Below, in pieces: positions 10,401-23,209 of a stretch of 64,000 nt of DNA. The stretch spans positions 1-64,000 of IMG/VR virus record IMGVR_UViG_3300031952_000004, one strand, 5' to 3'. Under the pieces are notes generated by a model. The model saw only the letters and a list, made by a program, of their open reading frames with translations. It ran no database searches and was not told the origin of the DNA. Position 1 is the stretch's first letter. Each line of letters starts with the position of its first letter. Position numbers and translations under genes: made by a program. The DNA comes from a virus.

Positions 10401-11120
10401 TTAGAATTTAATGGTAAATTTTCCTAATACTTTCTCAAAAAATCCTCGTTCTCCTTTATTAAATCCTGTTCCTACACTTACTCCAAATGCTGAATTTTCA
10501 CTTAATTTATACGATATTCCAAACGGATAAAATCCCCCATTCGTTAAACAAACGTCTGCAACCCACTTAAAATATTTTGCGTATCTAATTCCTATTCCAT
10601 ATTCCATTCCTGCTTTTACATTACTGATTCCTAATCCACCAACAACAACAGGTTCTAAAATAAATCCATACGGTTTTAAATATTTTCTCAAATTATCTAA
10701 ATCCTTAACCTTAATATCTTTTAATACTGTTTTTTTATCTTTATCTAATACTTGCATACTTCCGTCTTTTTGGATATGTAAATAATGTTCGTTTAATTTT
10801 ACAAATTCTTCTTTTCCTCTCCAATCTATTACAACAGGTTTTCCTAATTGTCCTTTATAATAACAATAACCCCCCCAAACACCCATTACAATACCTATAA
10901 TTGCCAATCTAATTAACCAAGTTCTAATCGATAATTCTTGACTTACAGTTTTTCCCCATAAATCCGACCTAACAACTGACGTAATTCCTGTTACTAATTT
11001 TTTTGTATCAAATTTTTCATTTTGAATTTTTGCTTTTAATTGTCCAGAAATTAAATTTTTTAAAATCCAAATTATTATTCCTGCCAAGAAACCGCCACTT
11101 AACAATAATATATCTTTCAT
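10401..11120 (-). CDS. Membrane protein with Gly/aromatic beta-strand C-terminus ending in Phe
   Basis: Two TM helices; amphipathic strands; terminal F. Confidence 0.55.
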   Translation of the reverse strand: MKDILLLSGGFLAGIIIWILKNLISGQLKAKIQNEKFDTKKLVTGITSVVRSDLWGKTVSQELSIRTWLIRLAIIGIVMGVWGGYCYYKGQLGKPVVIDWRGKEEFVKLNEHYLHIQKDGSMQVLDKDKKTVLKDIKVKDLDNLRKYLKPYGFILEPVVVGGLGISNVKAGMEYGIGIRYAKYFKWVADVCLTNGGFYPFGISYKLSENSAFGVSVGTGFNKGERGFFEKVLGKFTIKF

Positions 11121-11515
11121 TTATGCTCCCATTGGTTTTTTTAATTTATCTAAAAAATAATCTAACGATTTTAGAGGTTCTTTAGGTTTTCCTTTTCCAT
11201 CTATTTCTTGTCTATGATTAACTATACCATTATACCATTTTGTTATTTCTCTAATCTTATTTTCGTATGTCTTTTGACTTCTTCCTTTTTTTCTCATAAT
11301 ATCCTTTTATTGAATATAAATATTAATAAAAAACAAATTATTGCTATAAATAACTCTTTTAATATTTCCATATTACTTTTTAATTAATAAAGTATTACTA
11401 TTTAGTTATAACTAAGTTAAAATACTTACTATAATAAAGCGTAACAGTTCTTTTTTGATTAATCATTTTATATCTTTGTAATTAAATAAAAGGAGAGAAG
11501 ATATTTCCTATTGAA

Positions 11516-12193
11516 TTAACCATTATCCTCATCATTATTTATGGTAGAAAATAGATTCTTCTCTCCGATTATTATTTTAATCTTTTTTGTATAAAATTCT
11601 TGCCAAAAAGTTCTGTTAAAATTTGCTCTTACATTACATGAATTACATAAAGTAATTAAATTTTCTTCATTGTAATTTATATGATTATAATCAATATGAT
11701 GAACATCCAAAATTCTACCTCTTACTATCAAATGTTCTTCTTCGGTCATACCGCAATTTTGACAAGTATAATTATCTCGTTTGCGAATTAATTCTCTAAG
11801 TTCATCATTAAATTCTACGGGATACGACTCATAACCTTTACCATGAATATAAGCACCAGATAGTATACCTTTTCTTATTCCTGTCCTTTTTGCCCATTTA
11901 TGATAGCATTTTTGACATCTAATTCCATAAAAAGTTATATGAGTACCACAATCCATACATTTATTATTTTTGGTTTTACCATGTTTATAATTGTAATGAT
12001 TTTTACCTGTGATAGTTTTAAAATAACATTCTTGACAATGTTTTACATCTTTAGTTATTTCTTTACCACATTCACAATAATATTTTTTAAAATTTTGTTT
12101 GCGACACAAATCAGAACAATATTTTTTATTAGAACCTTTAAAAGATTTAAATTCTTTATTACACTTTGGATTTTTACAAATTTTGATATTCAT
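11516..12193 (-). CDS. HNH homing-type endonuclease with N-terminal zinc fingers
   Basis: IRKRDNYTCQNC...LDVHHIDY...NLITLCNSCN. Confidence 0.85.
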   Translation of the reverse strand: MNIKICKNPKCNKEFKSFKGSNKKYCSDLCRKQNFKKYYCECGKEITKDVKHCQECYFKTITGKNHYNYKHGKTKNNKCMDCGTHITFYGIRCQKCYHKWAKRTGIRKGILSGAYIHGKGYESYPVEFNDELRELIRKRDNYTCQNCGMTEEEHLIVRGRILDVHHIDYNHINYNEENLITLCNSCNVRANFNRTFWQEFYTKKIKIIIGEKNLFSTINNDEDNG

Positions 12194-12194
12194 T

Positions 12195-13367
12195 TTATAG
12201 TTTAAATCCCTTTGATAATTCTATTCCTTTAAAATCTAATTCAAATGCCCAAGTCATAGGTCTGGTCTTATTCGTACCAAAAAACCATTGTTTAGGCTCT
12301 GTATAAATACCATATAATTTACGAGCATAATCATCAAAAGGTATCCATGCCCCGTTAGTTAATAAAACTCCTTTATCTCCTATTGGTTCTTTTTCAAGAG
12401 AATGAAAATGACCCATCATATAGACATCGTACTTTTCTTCTGGTAAGTTTATATAAACATCTTTAGCTTTTCTAATTCGAGTAGTTTTTGCTCCACCACC
12501 GCTTTCATCTCCATGTGTCATAAAAAACATGTGATTATAAACTTTAGTAGAATAATATCTGGATGTAGGGATAGTAACTGTTACTTTATCATTTTTTGCA
12601 GTTTTAAACATTAATTCCAATGTTTTATAAATATGGTATTCTAAATAATTTTCAACTGGCATATCTGCTTTTCGATTACTCGTTGACATCGAATGATTAC
12701 CAACTATACAAAAAACTTCTATTTTTGGAAATAATTTGCATAATTCATTTATTAAAAATGCAAAATCCCTTACAGCATCCCAAATCTGGTTTCCTGCTAT
12801 TTTGGTTATTTTAAATTCTTGCCCTTCAAAAACATAGCCATCTCCTTCTATTAAATCTCCCAATAAAAATATATTTAGTTTTTCAAAACAATATGTATTT
12901 CTTTGCATAGAAATTATCTCTACAATCGAATCTAAATATCTCTGTAACATTATTTTTCTAATACTGTCATTGTAAGTTTCAATTTCTTTTTGTAAAGGAG
13001 GATAATAAACTTTATTCGATTTTCCTATATGCATATCGGAAATAATTGAATTAGCAATTTCAGATTTTTTATTTTTTTTGTAATCTATTAAACATTTTAC
13101 TGGTTTCAATCCACATACATATTTGTCTATTTGACTATTAAAAATTTCAAATATTTGATTATACATTTCACTTCTATTATTTTTGTTTATTATAGATTTA
13201 TCTTCTTTCTCATTTTCAATCATTTTTGGTTTTCCTCTCGTCAAATTTGCTCTGCGGTGCATAACAGATTTATAGGAACGATTAAGTTCTCTCGCTATCT
13301 CTTCCGTAGTTTTGTTCTCTTCTACCATTTCAAGTAATCTTTTTTCTTCTTTATCATTCCATTTCAT
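12195..13367 (-). CDS. Calcineurin-like metallophosphoesterase with N-terminal HTH
   Basis: SDMHIG, GDLIEG, GNH, HGD, GHFH motifs; EEIARELNRS HTH; ATG 13367 has GAGGAG SD. Confidence 0.85.
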   Translation of the reverse strand: MKWNDKEEKRLLEMVEENKTTEEIARELNRSYKSVMHRRANLTRGKPKMIENEKEDKSIINKNNRSEMYNQIFEIFNSQIDKYVCGLKPVKCLIDYKKNKKSEIANSIISDMHIGKSNKVYYPPLQKEIETYNDSIRKIMLQRYLDSIVEIISMQRNTYCFEKLNIFLLGDLIEGDGYVFEGQEFKITKIAGNQIWDAVRDFAFLINELCKLFPKIEVFCIVGNHSMSTSNRKADMPVENYLEYHIYKTLELMFKTAKNDKVTVTIPTSRYYSTKVYNHMFFMTHGDESGGGAKTTRIRKAKDVYINLPEEKYDVYMMGHFHSLEKEPIGDKGVLLTNGAWIPFDDYARKLYGIYTEPKQWFFGTNKTRPMTWAFELDFKGIELSKGFKL

Positions 13368-13522
13368 TTTTTTCTCCTCAAAAATTATATTTATCAGGAG
13401 CAAAATTATAAATTTCTACTATATAATATCCTATTCTAAAGATACCTATATCTTGTGTAAATAAAATTCCAAAACCTAAATAATCTTTATCTTTATAAAT
13501 CTTCATATTATCTCCTAATTTA

Positions 13523-13807
13523 TTATTTAACTTTAGTTAATATTTTTCCTATATAATATTCTTGCCAATAATTTCGATTGTAATTTGCTCTTGTATTACA
13601 AGGATTGCAAGTAGTTATTAAATTATCTTTTTTACAATCTATACAATAATGTTTTTCGAGAGTAAATCCTGTTTTGAAATTAGGATGATTTTTGGGATTT
13701 TTATATTTTCCTTTTTGAGAACAGTGTCGACATTTTTTAGAATTATTTTGAATTAACTTTCCACAGTCTTTACATTTATTATTATCAGAATAATGATATT
13801 TATTCAT
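13523..13807 (-). pseudogene. Internally deleted HNH endonuclease remnant
   Basis: Zinc finger HYCIDCKK fused directly to DNLITTCNPCN; the HH catalytic segment is missing. Confidence 0.65.
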
Positions 13808-14102
13808 TTCTAACTCTTTCTTTTAAAAAATTTGTATATGCAGATAATAAAAAATCCTCTATTTTATTTCCGATTGTTTTATTTATCGGATAAACAGAGG
13901 ATATAACTTTTCCATTAGCCAAAGTAATACGAGGATATGAAATATAATACCCTCCAGTTGGCTTTGTATAAATTCTTGCTTCGTTTATTCTTATTAAATT
14001 TTGGAAAGTAAAAGAAATATAGCAAACTAAACCTTTATCGGTTGGCTTGATGGGATAAAATGTTAATTCACTTATTTCTTCCTTTTTTCTTCGATTAGTC
14101 AT
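13800..14102 (-). CDS. SpoVG-family nucleic-acid-binding protein
   Basis: ISELTFYPI...LVCYISFTF..IRINEARI...YISYP...VYPIN matches the SpoVG layout. Confidence 0.7.
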   Translation of the reverse strand: MTNRRKKEEISELTFYPIKPTDKGLVCYISFTFQNLIRINEARIYTKPTGGYYISYPRITLANGKVISSVYPINKTIGNKIEDFLLSAYTNFLKERVRNE

Positions 14103-14110
14103 CTCTTTAT

Positions 14111-14155
14111 CCTTCTACTTATAAGTATACTAAAAAAACTCAAGAATTTAAGTAA
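14111..14155 (-). promoter_or_regulatory. Putative phage middle promoter TTACTTAAAT-N15-GTATACTTATAAGTAGAAGG
   Basis: Identical bipartite motif with identical spacing at 33888-33932 on the + strand. Confidence 0.7.
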
Positions 14156-14850
14156 TATTTTAATTTTTTTTCTAATTCTTTACTTATTTGACTAATTCTC
14201 GCACTACTAATTCCAAATCTTTTGGCTATATCTACCTTTTTCAACCCTTTTTCTTTCAATAAGATACGAATATATTTTTTTTCTAAATCAGAACAAGAAA
14301 TTATAAAATCTTTCATATCTATATTTTCTAAAAAATCTTCTTCTTTAGTATCTAAAATTTGTAATTCTTCTAATTCTCCTTCGTTATTTTCCTTATTAAA
14401 AGGTTTATGTGTAATACTTTTTATAAAATCTTTAGTTAAAAACGAGGGAGTCCAATCAAACATACAACTATAAAGATAAGTATAGAAACTTTTAGATATA
14501 TCATAATTTTCTATAATTCTTAATATTTCTAAAATTAAATCTTGTTCTACGTCCATATAGTCGCATAAATTATAACTTCTAAGATTAAAAAATCCTTTAA
14601 TACATTCGCATTTATCACAAGTTTTACATTCCGTTTTATTTTCGATTATACATTGACGACAAAATTTACATTTATGATAAAGAGACAATGGATACCATTT
14701 TCTTTCGTAAATATATTTTGCTTTCTTTCTAATCAAAGGTCTAAAATATATAAGTATTTCTTCTAATAATTTTTTATCTTTTATTTCTTTATATAGTTTT
14801 ATTTTATTTTCTATATCTAATCTATTTTCTTCATTAAGTTTATTATTCAT
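14140..14850 (-). CDS. Sigma-70 family sigma factor with Cys-rich insertion
   Basis: Region 2 (FRPLIRKKA...DVEQDLILEILRIIENYD..KSFYTY) and region 4 HTH (DIAKRFGISSARISQI). Confidence 0.8.
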   Translation of the reverse strand: MNNKLNEENRLDIENKIKLYKEIKDKKLLEEILIYFRPLIRKKAKYIYERKWYPLSLYHKCKFCRQCIIENKTECKTCDKCECIKGFFNLRSYNLCDYMDVEQDLILEILRIIENYDISKSFYTYLYSCMFDWTPSFLTKDFIKSITHKPFNKENNEGELEELQILDTKEEDFLENIDMKDFIISCSDLEKKYIRILLKEKGLKKVDIAKRFGISSARISQISKELEKKLKYYLNS

Positions 14851-15268
14851 TATTTTTTCTCCTTCTTTCTATTTCGTCTAAATTTAAAATTTTATATCCT
14901 TCTTCTCTTAATTCTCCCGTTAATAAATCTTTATCTTTTTCTGTAACTCCTAAAAATTTAATTTTATCTTTTTTCTTATTCATAATTTCTAAAAATTCCT
15001 CGTGCATACTTTCTCCTGCTTTCTTACCATTTTTTAAAGCAAGTTCGCAAATTTCTAAATAATCTGATATGTTCATCATAAAAAGTGCTTGTTTTTTATT
15101 TTTCATTTTAAAATTCTCTGACATAATAATCCGACATTCTTTACAAACGTATAAAGGATAAACTACTTCTCCATCGTCGCTAATATTTATAAATTCTCCT
15201 TTAAAAATATACTTACCACAAAAATCGCATTTCTTTAATCCTAATAACTTTAAAATTTTATTCTTCAT
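14843..15268 (-). CDS. Hypothetical zinc-finger protein
   Basis: CDFC...CKEC. Confidence 0.55.
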   Translation of the reverse strand: MKNKILKLLGLKKCDFCGKYIFKGEFINISDDGEVVYPLYVCKECRIIMSENFKMKNKKQALFMMNISDYLEICELALKNGKKAGESMHEEFLEIMNKKKDKIKFLGVTEKDKDLLTGELREEGYKILNLDEIERRRKNNE

Positions 15269-15348
15269 CTTCTTTAACCTCTCTCATAAAATCATTTCTT
15301 TCATCAAATCTATAACTATTTTCTAACCATTCTTGTTCTGTCATTTAA

Positions 15349-16161
15349 TTATCCTATTTGTTTTTTATAAACTTCTTGTGCTAATTTATCGTCGGGATTT
15401 GCATAAATTAGGGTTGTTTGTAAGGAATTATGTCCTAAAATACGTTGTATAACTAATGGACTAATATTTTGTCTCATCATATAAGTAGCGGAAGAATGTC
15501 TAAAAATATGAGTAGATATATTTTTATTTAAATATTTTCCTATTTTCTTCGATAAGTAATTAATTTCTGCTAATGTAATAGAAAAAGCATTATTTAATTC
15601 TTTTTCCGAATTAAAATAATCTGTTAAATCTTTAATAATTATATTAGGAAAATAAACTATTCTTTCAGTCTTATCTTTTTGCCCCCAAATATTTACCGAA
15701 CAATTTATTAAATCTATTTTTTCTCTATTTAAAGAAAGTAATTCTCCTTTTCTAATTCCTGTAAAAAATAAGAATTTTAAGATAGCATTGCATTTAGTAG
15801 AAGACATCCCTGCTTTGCTATAAGTAGAATAATACTTTATTCCTTGTAAAAGTTCTTCAAAAGTAATATATTTAGGTTGTTTTCTTTCTACTTCTAATAA
15901 TTTAATCTTAAACCATTCGTTATTTTCTTTGGCAATATTTAAAAAAGAATAAAATGACCTCCCTGATTTTATAAAATTGTTTTTGCTATTGCTGGAATAA
16001 GAAGAACAATTAAAAAAATCAGTAATATTCTTTTGACTAATATATAAATAATCTATATTTTTTTTATTACAATATTGTAACCATAATTTTATATAATTAT
16101 AATAAACCATTGATTGATTTCTTGCCAATAAATATTCTTTATATCTAATAAGATTTTCCAT
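15349..16161 (-). CDS. Tyrosine recombinase (Xer/integrase family)
   Basis: TGIRKGEL, HIFRHS, LGH..LQTTLIY catalytic R-H-R-H-Y residues. Confidence 0.92.
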   Translation of the reverse strand: MENLIRYKEYLLARNQSMVYYNYIKLWLQYCNKKNIDYLYISQKNITDFFNCSSYSSNSKNNFIKSGRSFYSFLNIAKENNEWFKIKLLEVERKQPKYITFEELLQGIKYYSTYSKAGMSSTKCNAILKFLFFTGIRKGELLSLNREKIDLINCSVNIWGQKDKTERIVYFPNIIIKDLTDYFNSEKELNNAFSITLAEINYLSKKIGKYLNKNISTHIFRHSSATYMMRQNISPLVIQRILGHNSLQTTLIYANPDDKLAQEVYKKQIG

Positions 16162-16849
16162 ATTGCCTTTTTTTATAAATTTTTTGTAGTAATTTACCTA
16201 AAATTATAGTTTCTTTATAATCAAAATAATTACTTTTGATATTACAATTACATCGGCAACACGCCAGAATAATATTATCTAAAGTATATCCTTTATTATT
16301 ATCTTTTCTATCTATCGATAACCTATTTTTATAATATTTGTTAGTTTCTTTTTTATCTTTTTGTAATTGATTTATATTTCTTTTGCAATAATGACATTCT
16401 TTATTCTGTAAATTATACCAATTAATAAAATCTTCTTTTTTAATTGTTACTTTTATATTTTTAGTTTTTGCTCTTGTTTTTAAGCAATTATAAATTCCTT
16501 CTGGAGTTCTATTGTATTTTTTAGCATAAATTAATCTTTTTTGTTTATGTTTTAAATATTGTATTTTATTATATTCTTTAATAATTGACTTATATAACTT
16601 ATATTTCTTTTTATTGTATCTATTCTGATATTTTTTATATTTTAAAGAAGTTTCTCTATATATTTTTAAAACTTTAATGCCCTTTAGAGATTTTATATAT
16701 TTTTTTCTTAAAATTTTTATACATTTTTTACAGTAAGAAGTAATGCCTTCTTTAGAATATTTCCATCTATAAAAATTAGATAGATGTTTTCTTTTTTTGC
16801 ATTTATTACAAATTTTTGTATTCATTTTTACACACATCCCCAACAACAA
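16145..16849 (-). CDS. HNH-family endonuclease
   Basis: CHYC...LSIDRKDNNKGYTLDNIILACCRCN; N-terminal CNKC..YCKKC. Confidence 0.8.
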   Translation of the reverse strand: MLLGMCVKMNTKICNKCKKRKHLSNFYRWKYSKEGITSYCKKCIKILRKKYIKSLKGIKVLKIYRETSLKYKKYQNRYNKKKYKLYKSIIKEYNKIQYLKHKQKRLIYAKKYNRTPEGIYNCLKTRAKTKNIKVTIKKEDFINWYNLQNKECHYCKRNINQLQKDKKETNKYYKNRLSIDRKDNNKGYTLDNIILACCRCNCNIKSNYFDYKETIILGKLLQKIYKKRQYGKSY

Positions 16850-17146
16850 CCTTGTTCAATATTTTCATTTCATTATTAAGTTAATATGATATTCTTTTAT
16901 TTTTTCTAAAAATGTTATTACAAATTCTAAAGCGTCTGTTTCGGAACATTCTGCAAATTGTTGAACAAAATTAGAAAGTATTTCCATAAAAATTATTTCT
17001 TTCTCATTCTGCTTTTTCATTTAATTTTCTTTGTTTATTTTCCCATTGTTTTTGTGTTACGTGTCCTATTACATAACAAATTCTTATACTATCATCTTCT
17101 TCTAACTCTATCATTTCATTACATATTTTGCATTGTTGTTTTTTCA

Positions 17147-18175
17147 TTATTTTAACCCCTGCAAGAATAATAAACCTTTATTTGTAATAATACGCCCCCT
17201 TGAAGTTCGACTTAACATTCCTTGTCTCAATAGGTAAGGTTCGGTTAATTCTTGATATTCCTGCCTTGTTTGATTAGCAATAATTGATAATGCTTCCATT
17301 CCAATTGCTTTTCCGTTAGTATCTTTAAGATGATTTAAAATTTTTACATCTATATCAGTTAATCCTTCAGATATTATGCGGTTCATTTTCATAACCTTAT
17401 CAATATTTCCATTTGTTGCTATTACAAAATCAAAAAATGAAATAGCCATACGGGGCGTGTAACGCACATTTCTACTTATAATATCATAATCTTCTTCTGG
17501 AACATTTAATTTATGTATTTGTTCATTATATTGTTTTAATAAACATTTGATATTTTCCGCCGAATAATCTTCTAAATAAATTTTACATTGTATCCTATCT
17601 AAAAATGGTTGACATCTTTTTGATAATATCCAAGTATCTGTCGTTGCCCCTATTAAAATAAATTTTCTTAAAATTTTTCCGGCTAATTTAAAATCTTCTA
17701 TAATAGGCAACATATAAGTTAAAACTTTTTTATCTAATTCTGCAATTTCATCAATAAATAAAACATTTGGTAAATCGCTATCTTGATTTTTAACTAAAAA
17801 ATCATTTAAAGTTTCTATTTCAAAATTACTGCCCACATATACATTAAAATTAAATCCTAAATTTTTAGTTATTATACCTGCGAGAGTAGTTTTTCCATAT
17901 CCAGCATTACCCATTAGTAAAAAATGTCGGGGAAAACCTTTTTTAATAAGTTCTATTGTTAATTTTGCTTTATCTTTTGCCTTATCCTGCGATATATATT
18001 GTTCAAAAGTTTCGGGTCTATACATAAATTTGGTAGGAGTGTGCGGTTTTTGTATATAACTTTCTTGTAAAGATTTTTCTTCTGGAGAATTTTCGGTATT
18101 CTTTTTTTTCATACCAAATAATTCCATAGCATAACTTAATCCTGTCGCTTCCCAAATAGTATCAAATATATCCAT
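17147..18175 (-). CDS. ruvB: RuvB-like Holliday-junction branch-migration ATPase
   Basis: RPETFEQYISQ, Walker A GNAGYGKT, Walker B LFIDE, LIGATT, LDR, TPR, EPYLL..G..SRTSRGR winged helix. Confidence 0.88.
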   Translation of the reverse strand: MDIFDTIWEATGLSYAMELFGMKKKNTENSPEEKSLQESYIQKPHTPTKFMYRPETFEQYISQDKAKDKAKLTIELIKKGFPRHFLLMGNAGYGKTTLAGIITKNLGFNFNVYVGSNFEIETLNDFLVKNQDSDLPNVLFIDEIAELDKKVLTYMLPIIEDFKLAGKILRKFILIGATTDTWILSKRCQPFLDRIQCKIYLEDYSAENIKCLLKQYNEQIHKLNVPEEDYDIISRNVRYTPRMAISFFDFVIATNGNIDKVMKMNRIISEGLTDIDVKILNHLKDTNGKAIGMEALSIIANQTRQEYQELTEPYLLRQGMLSRTSRGRIITNKGLLFLQGLK

Positions 18176-18987
18176 TTTTTATCCGTTGTCCTTATTTTTG
18201 CCTTGATTTCTTGCCATAGTAGCCCTTTCTTGCCCTTATTAATAAAAAAGACCTATCTACCCTCTATTGAGCCAATTTCTTGGGTAAAATAGGTCTTATT
18301 CTGCCTTAATGAGTTCTTACGAAGTGATTAAGGGCTTTAATAAATTATTTATTTATAATTCTTTATAAATTTCTTTTTCTGTGTCGGCTTCATACTTTAA
18401 TCTCGGAATTAAGCCACCAGCGATATTATTTTCTTCAATAATAATATGGCTCTCTACGAAATTATCTTCTGTCGCTAAATAACCCTCAATATCTTTCGGA
18501 TTATCTGCTTTTACCAAAAATTCGCAATAAACTCTAAATACTTTTTTCATCTTATTCTCCTTTTTCTAATTTCTCAACTGCCTTGTTAAGTCCTGTTAAA
18601 TGTCGTTTTATTTCTTTTAATCTATCAACTCTTGTTTCTGTTTCATCTAAAATTTCCCCTAATAGATTATGTAACCCGCTTTTTGTATCTTCATCTAAAT
18701 TACTTTCTAATAATGAGTTTATTTGTTTTTGTAATAATTGTTTATCTATAATCATCTTTTACCCCTCCTTTCATAATTTATATAATAATTCTCTTATATA
18801 AATACAAATATATTTTAATTCTTTTAATATCAAATGAAGATGTAATAAATCAACTACACAAAAAACTAATAAAACTAAACCTAAAAATAACAATAATATG
18901 TTATTCATTTTATCCTCTATTTTATCATTATACAAATTAAATTGATTAAACTGCAAATTAAAATAATTATCAAACAAATTGTTTTTA

Positions 18988-19296
18988 TCATTTTATTATA
19001 AATCCTCTTTTTTCAAGTTCTCTTTTATAATTTTGATAAACTTTTTCTCCCATTATCTCTTTATTTCTCTGTATTAAACTTAATGTTTCGTCGCCACCTA
19101 TTTCTTTAAACCATTTATTTATATTTTCTTCTGCTTGTTCTTCTAAAGATTTCATAACTATTTCGTCTAAATTTAAGATATGTAATATTTGTCCGCAAAA
19201 TGCACAATGAGTAAAATGTTGTCCACTTTCTATAAGTTCTAATTCGTCTTTTTCAAAATCTGAACAATGATTATCACAAAAGAATTTTATTCGCAT
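18988..19296 (-). CDS. Hypothetical zinc-ribbon protein
   Basis: CDNHC, CAFC. Confidence 0.55.
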   Translation of the reverse strand: MRIKFFCDNHCSDFEKDELELIESGQHFTHCAFCGQILHILNLDEIVMKSLEEQAEENINKWFKEIGGDETLSLIQRNKEIMGEKVYQNYKRELEKRGFIIK

Positions 19297-20190
19297 TATT
19301 TTTTACCCTGTTCTGTTTCTATTAATATCCATTTATCATTTATTTTTTCTTCAATTCTAAAATGAGTTATTTGTTCTTCATTTTCAAAAGAAAGTATATA
19401 ATTATCTACCTCATCTCTTGTAGAAAATTGTTTTGCTTCTATTCTTCCTTTATTAGTTACTATTCCGCATTTATACATTTTATTTTATTAATTTAGATAA
19501 TAAATCTATAATTATTGTGAGTTTATTAGAAATTTCTGCTAAACCCATTATTATAAGTATAATTGCTATAAATCTTAACATTTTTATATCTCCTTCTTAA
19601 TTAAATTATTTATTTAAAGTTTAAACCCTGTAATTAATTCATCTACTTTAATTCTCGGATAACTAACTGCTCGGTATCTTTCGATATGTCCTACTTCTGC
19701 GTCAGTTATTAAAGTAATATCGGCAATTATTTCATTTTTCTTAATAATAATGTTCTTTGCCTCAACTTCTGTTCCACTTAATTTAGATAATCCGTTAGCC
19801 CTCAATTCAAATAATTCTAATGCGGTTCTTACTTTATTTTTGTATTCTTTATTCATCTTATTCTCCCTTTTTGATTAAAATTATAACTCAACTATTTTAT
19901 ATTCAAAAGCACAATTTTCTTTAGCAAATTGAATAGCGTCGTATTCGTTATCAAAGTTTACTATTTCTCCGCTTTCATTTATCATAGCCCCCATAAATCC
20001 CTCTGGTAATAATCCATTCCACTCTAAAATTATATACATTTTATTTCTCCTTTATTTTAACTCTGTATCTATTGCTTCTAAATTACCCGAATATATAACA
20101 CCCTTATCATCTTCTACGGTAACACATAAAATATCCTCGTCGATATATTCGAAACTTCTAATTTCTAATTTAATATTTTTATTTTTCATT

Positions 20191-21279
<1,089 letters not shown>

Positions 21280-22960
21280 TTTTACCTCTCCTTTTTTATT
21301 ATGTTAAATCTATATCTATTTCTTGATTAAAATGATTATCTTCTAATTCTGTGGTTAAAATATGACATTCAAAAATATCAAAACCAAATTCTTCTTTCGC
21401 CCATTCTTCTGCTTGTTCTAAATTCTCTGCTTTTACTAAAACATCTAAAGAAAACTTAAATAACTTTGACATTTTTATCTCTCCTTTTTTATAATGTATC
21501 ATTTATTTCAATTTCTATTTCCTCAATTTCTTCTTCTGTTAAATTTTCTCTATTTTGTATTTCAATAGTCGCTTCATAATCACTAAATTGAGGGTCTTGT
21601 TTTTCATATCTAAAAGCAATTACTTTTTTACCATTAACTTCTAATTCATATCTTGTTTCAGTTTCAAAAAAAACAAACCTTTCATTTAATATTTTAATCA
21701 TTTTTGTTTTCCCCCTTTAATTAAAGTATATATTATAATCCATACCAGAGCAAATTATTACCAACCATAAGAAAACTCTATTCTCCATAAAAATTTATTT
21801 TTATATACTATTCTTTCAAATTTAAAACAACCTATCCTTAAAGCAAATCCTTTATATTTCTTTCCTATTTTAAATCTGGTAATTTTTATCATTTAATTTT
21901 TTTTCCTTATATATAAGTATAAACTATGCTTAATAAGTTCCTCAAAACAAATAACTTATACTACTTTCTTAAATTGAGTTTTTTCTTTCTTTTCTTCTTG
22001 CAAATCAAGATATTTTCTTATCTTTACTGCATAAGAAATAATATCGGATAGAGTATATTTTTTTCTTTCTCTGATTAACTGCTTCTCTGCAAGTGTAAAA
22101 AGACTACCTGTTTTACGCATAATATCCTCGCTTTCTTTATCCCTTAAAAAATATTGTTCTCGCTAATACTAACGCCTCTAATCTCTGTTCAGTATTTAAA
22201 TTCAAATCTAAACCGTCAATAATTTCGGCTAATACTTCGTTTAGCAAATCTTCTAAATTTTCCATTTTATCATTAATTGCACATTCTATATTTTTTATTA
22301 CTAACCCATTTAATTCTTTAGATATTTTCATCACTCCTCCTCAAATTAAATCTTCAAATCTTGTAAAAGTTTTTTCTAATTTATTCATTATCCTAAATTC
22401 TTCCACCCATTCTGTTAAGTCCTCAACTATGGTCTTACGATAAATATATTCCCCTTCTATTGTCATTAAACTAACCCCTGAATTGATTTCTTGCATTACT
22501 TTTTCTAATACTTTATTATACATTTTTTTTGTCATTTTTTGTTCTCCTTATTTGATTAATTATTTAATACAATTCTCGCAACCCAATATTTTAGGTTTTT
22601 TTCACTTTCAGTTAGCATATTATCTAACCACTCGTTTAACAAAGAATAACCTGCGTCAAAATCAAATTCATAATCTCCATCAAATTTTGTTCCATTTATT
22701 ATAGTAGTAAATTCTTGCTGAATATAATATTTTTTAACTTCTTTTTTACATTTGAGGCATTTCATTTTTTTATCTCTTTTTTTTTTCTAAAATTTGTTTA
22801 CTTAAAATTCCGTTCTCTCTTTTCCAACAAGCCTCACATAAATAAGGTTCTACCATAGGATTAACGTGTCCTATATTTTCTTCAATTTTACATTTTGAGC
22901 ATTTATATTTCATAATTTAACCTTCCTAAAATTTAAAAATATTTTTTCCCGGTCAGTCTT

Positions 22961-23209
22961 CTAAAAATCATTTTCTCGCCTTCGGTTCATTTCTTTTACA
23001 AATTCTACACTACCTTCAGTTCCTTTTTGCACTTCAAATCTACTCGGCACATAATTTCCGTAATAATCTCTATATCTTTTTAATCCCAAATAACAATACC
23101 CCTCTTTAATCATATCCATAGCATATCTACCTATGCTACCCTCTAAATGCCAACATATACCACTATTTATCATCTTTTGCACTCTTTTTATTTCTGCCAT
23201 TTTTATCAT
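22961..23209 (-). CDS. Small early protein, paralog of 29813-30022
   Basis: Shared G..W.L.GS.GR.A...I motif. Confidence 0.65.
   Translation of the reverse strand: MIKMAEIKRVQKMINSGICWHLEGSIGRYAMDMIKEGYCYLGLKRYRDYYGNYVPSRFEVQKGTEGSVEFVKEMNRRRENDF

Noticed and set aside
15349-16161. Prophage boundary or att site near the recombinase
   Set aside because: Phage-type genes continue on both sides and no host genes or att-like repeat were seen
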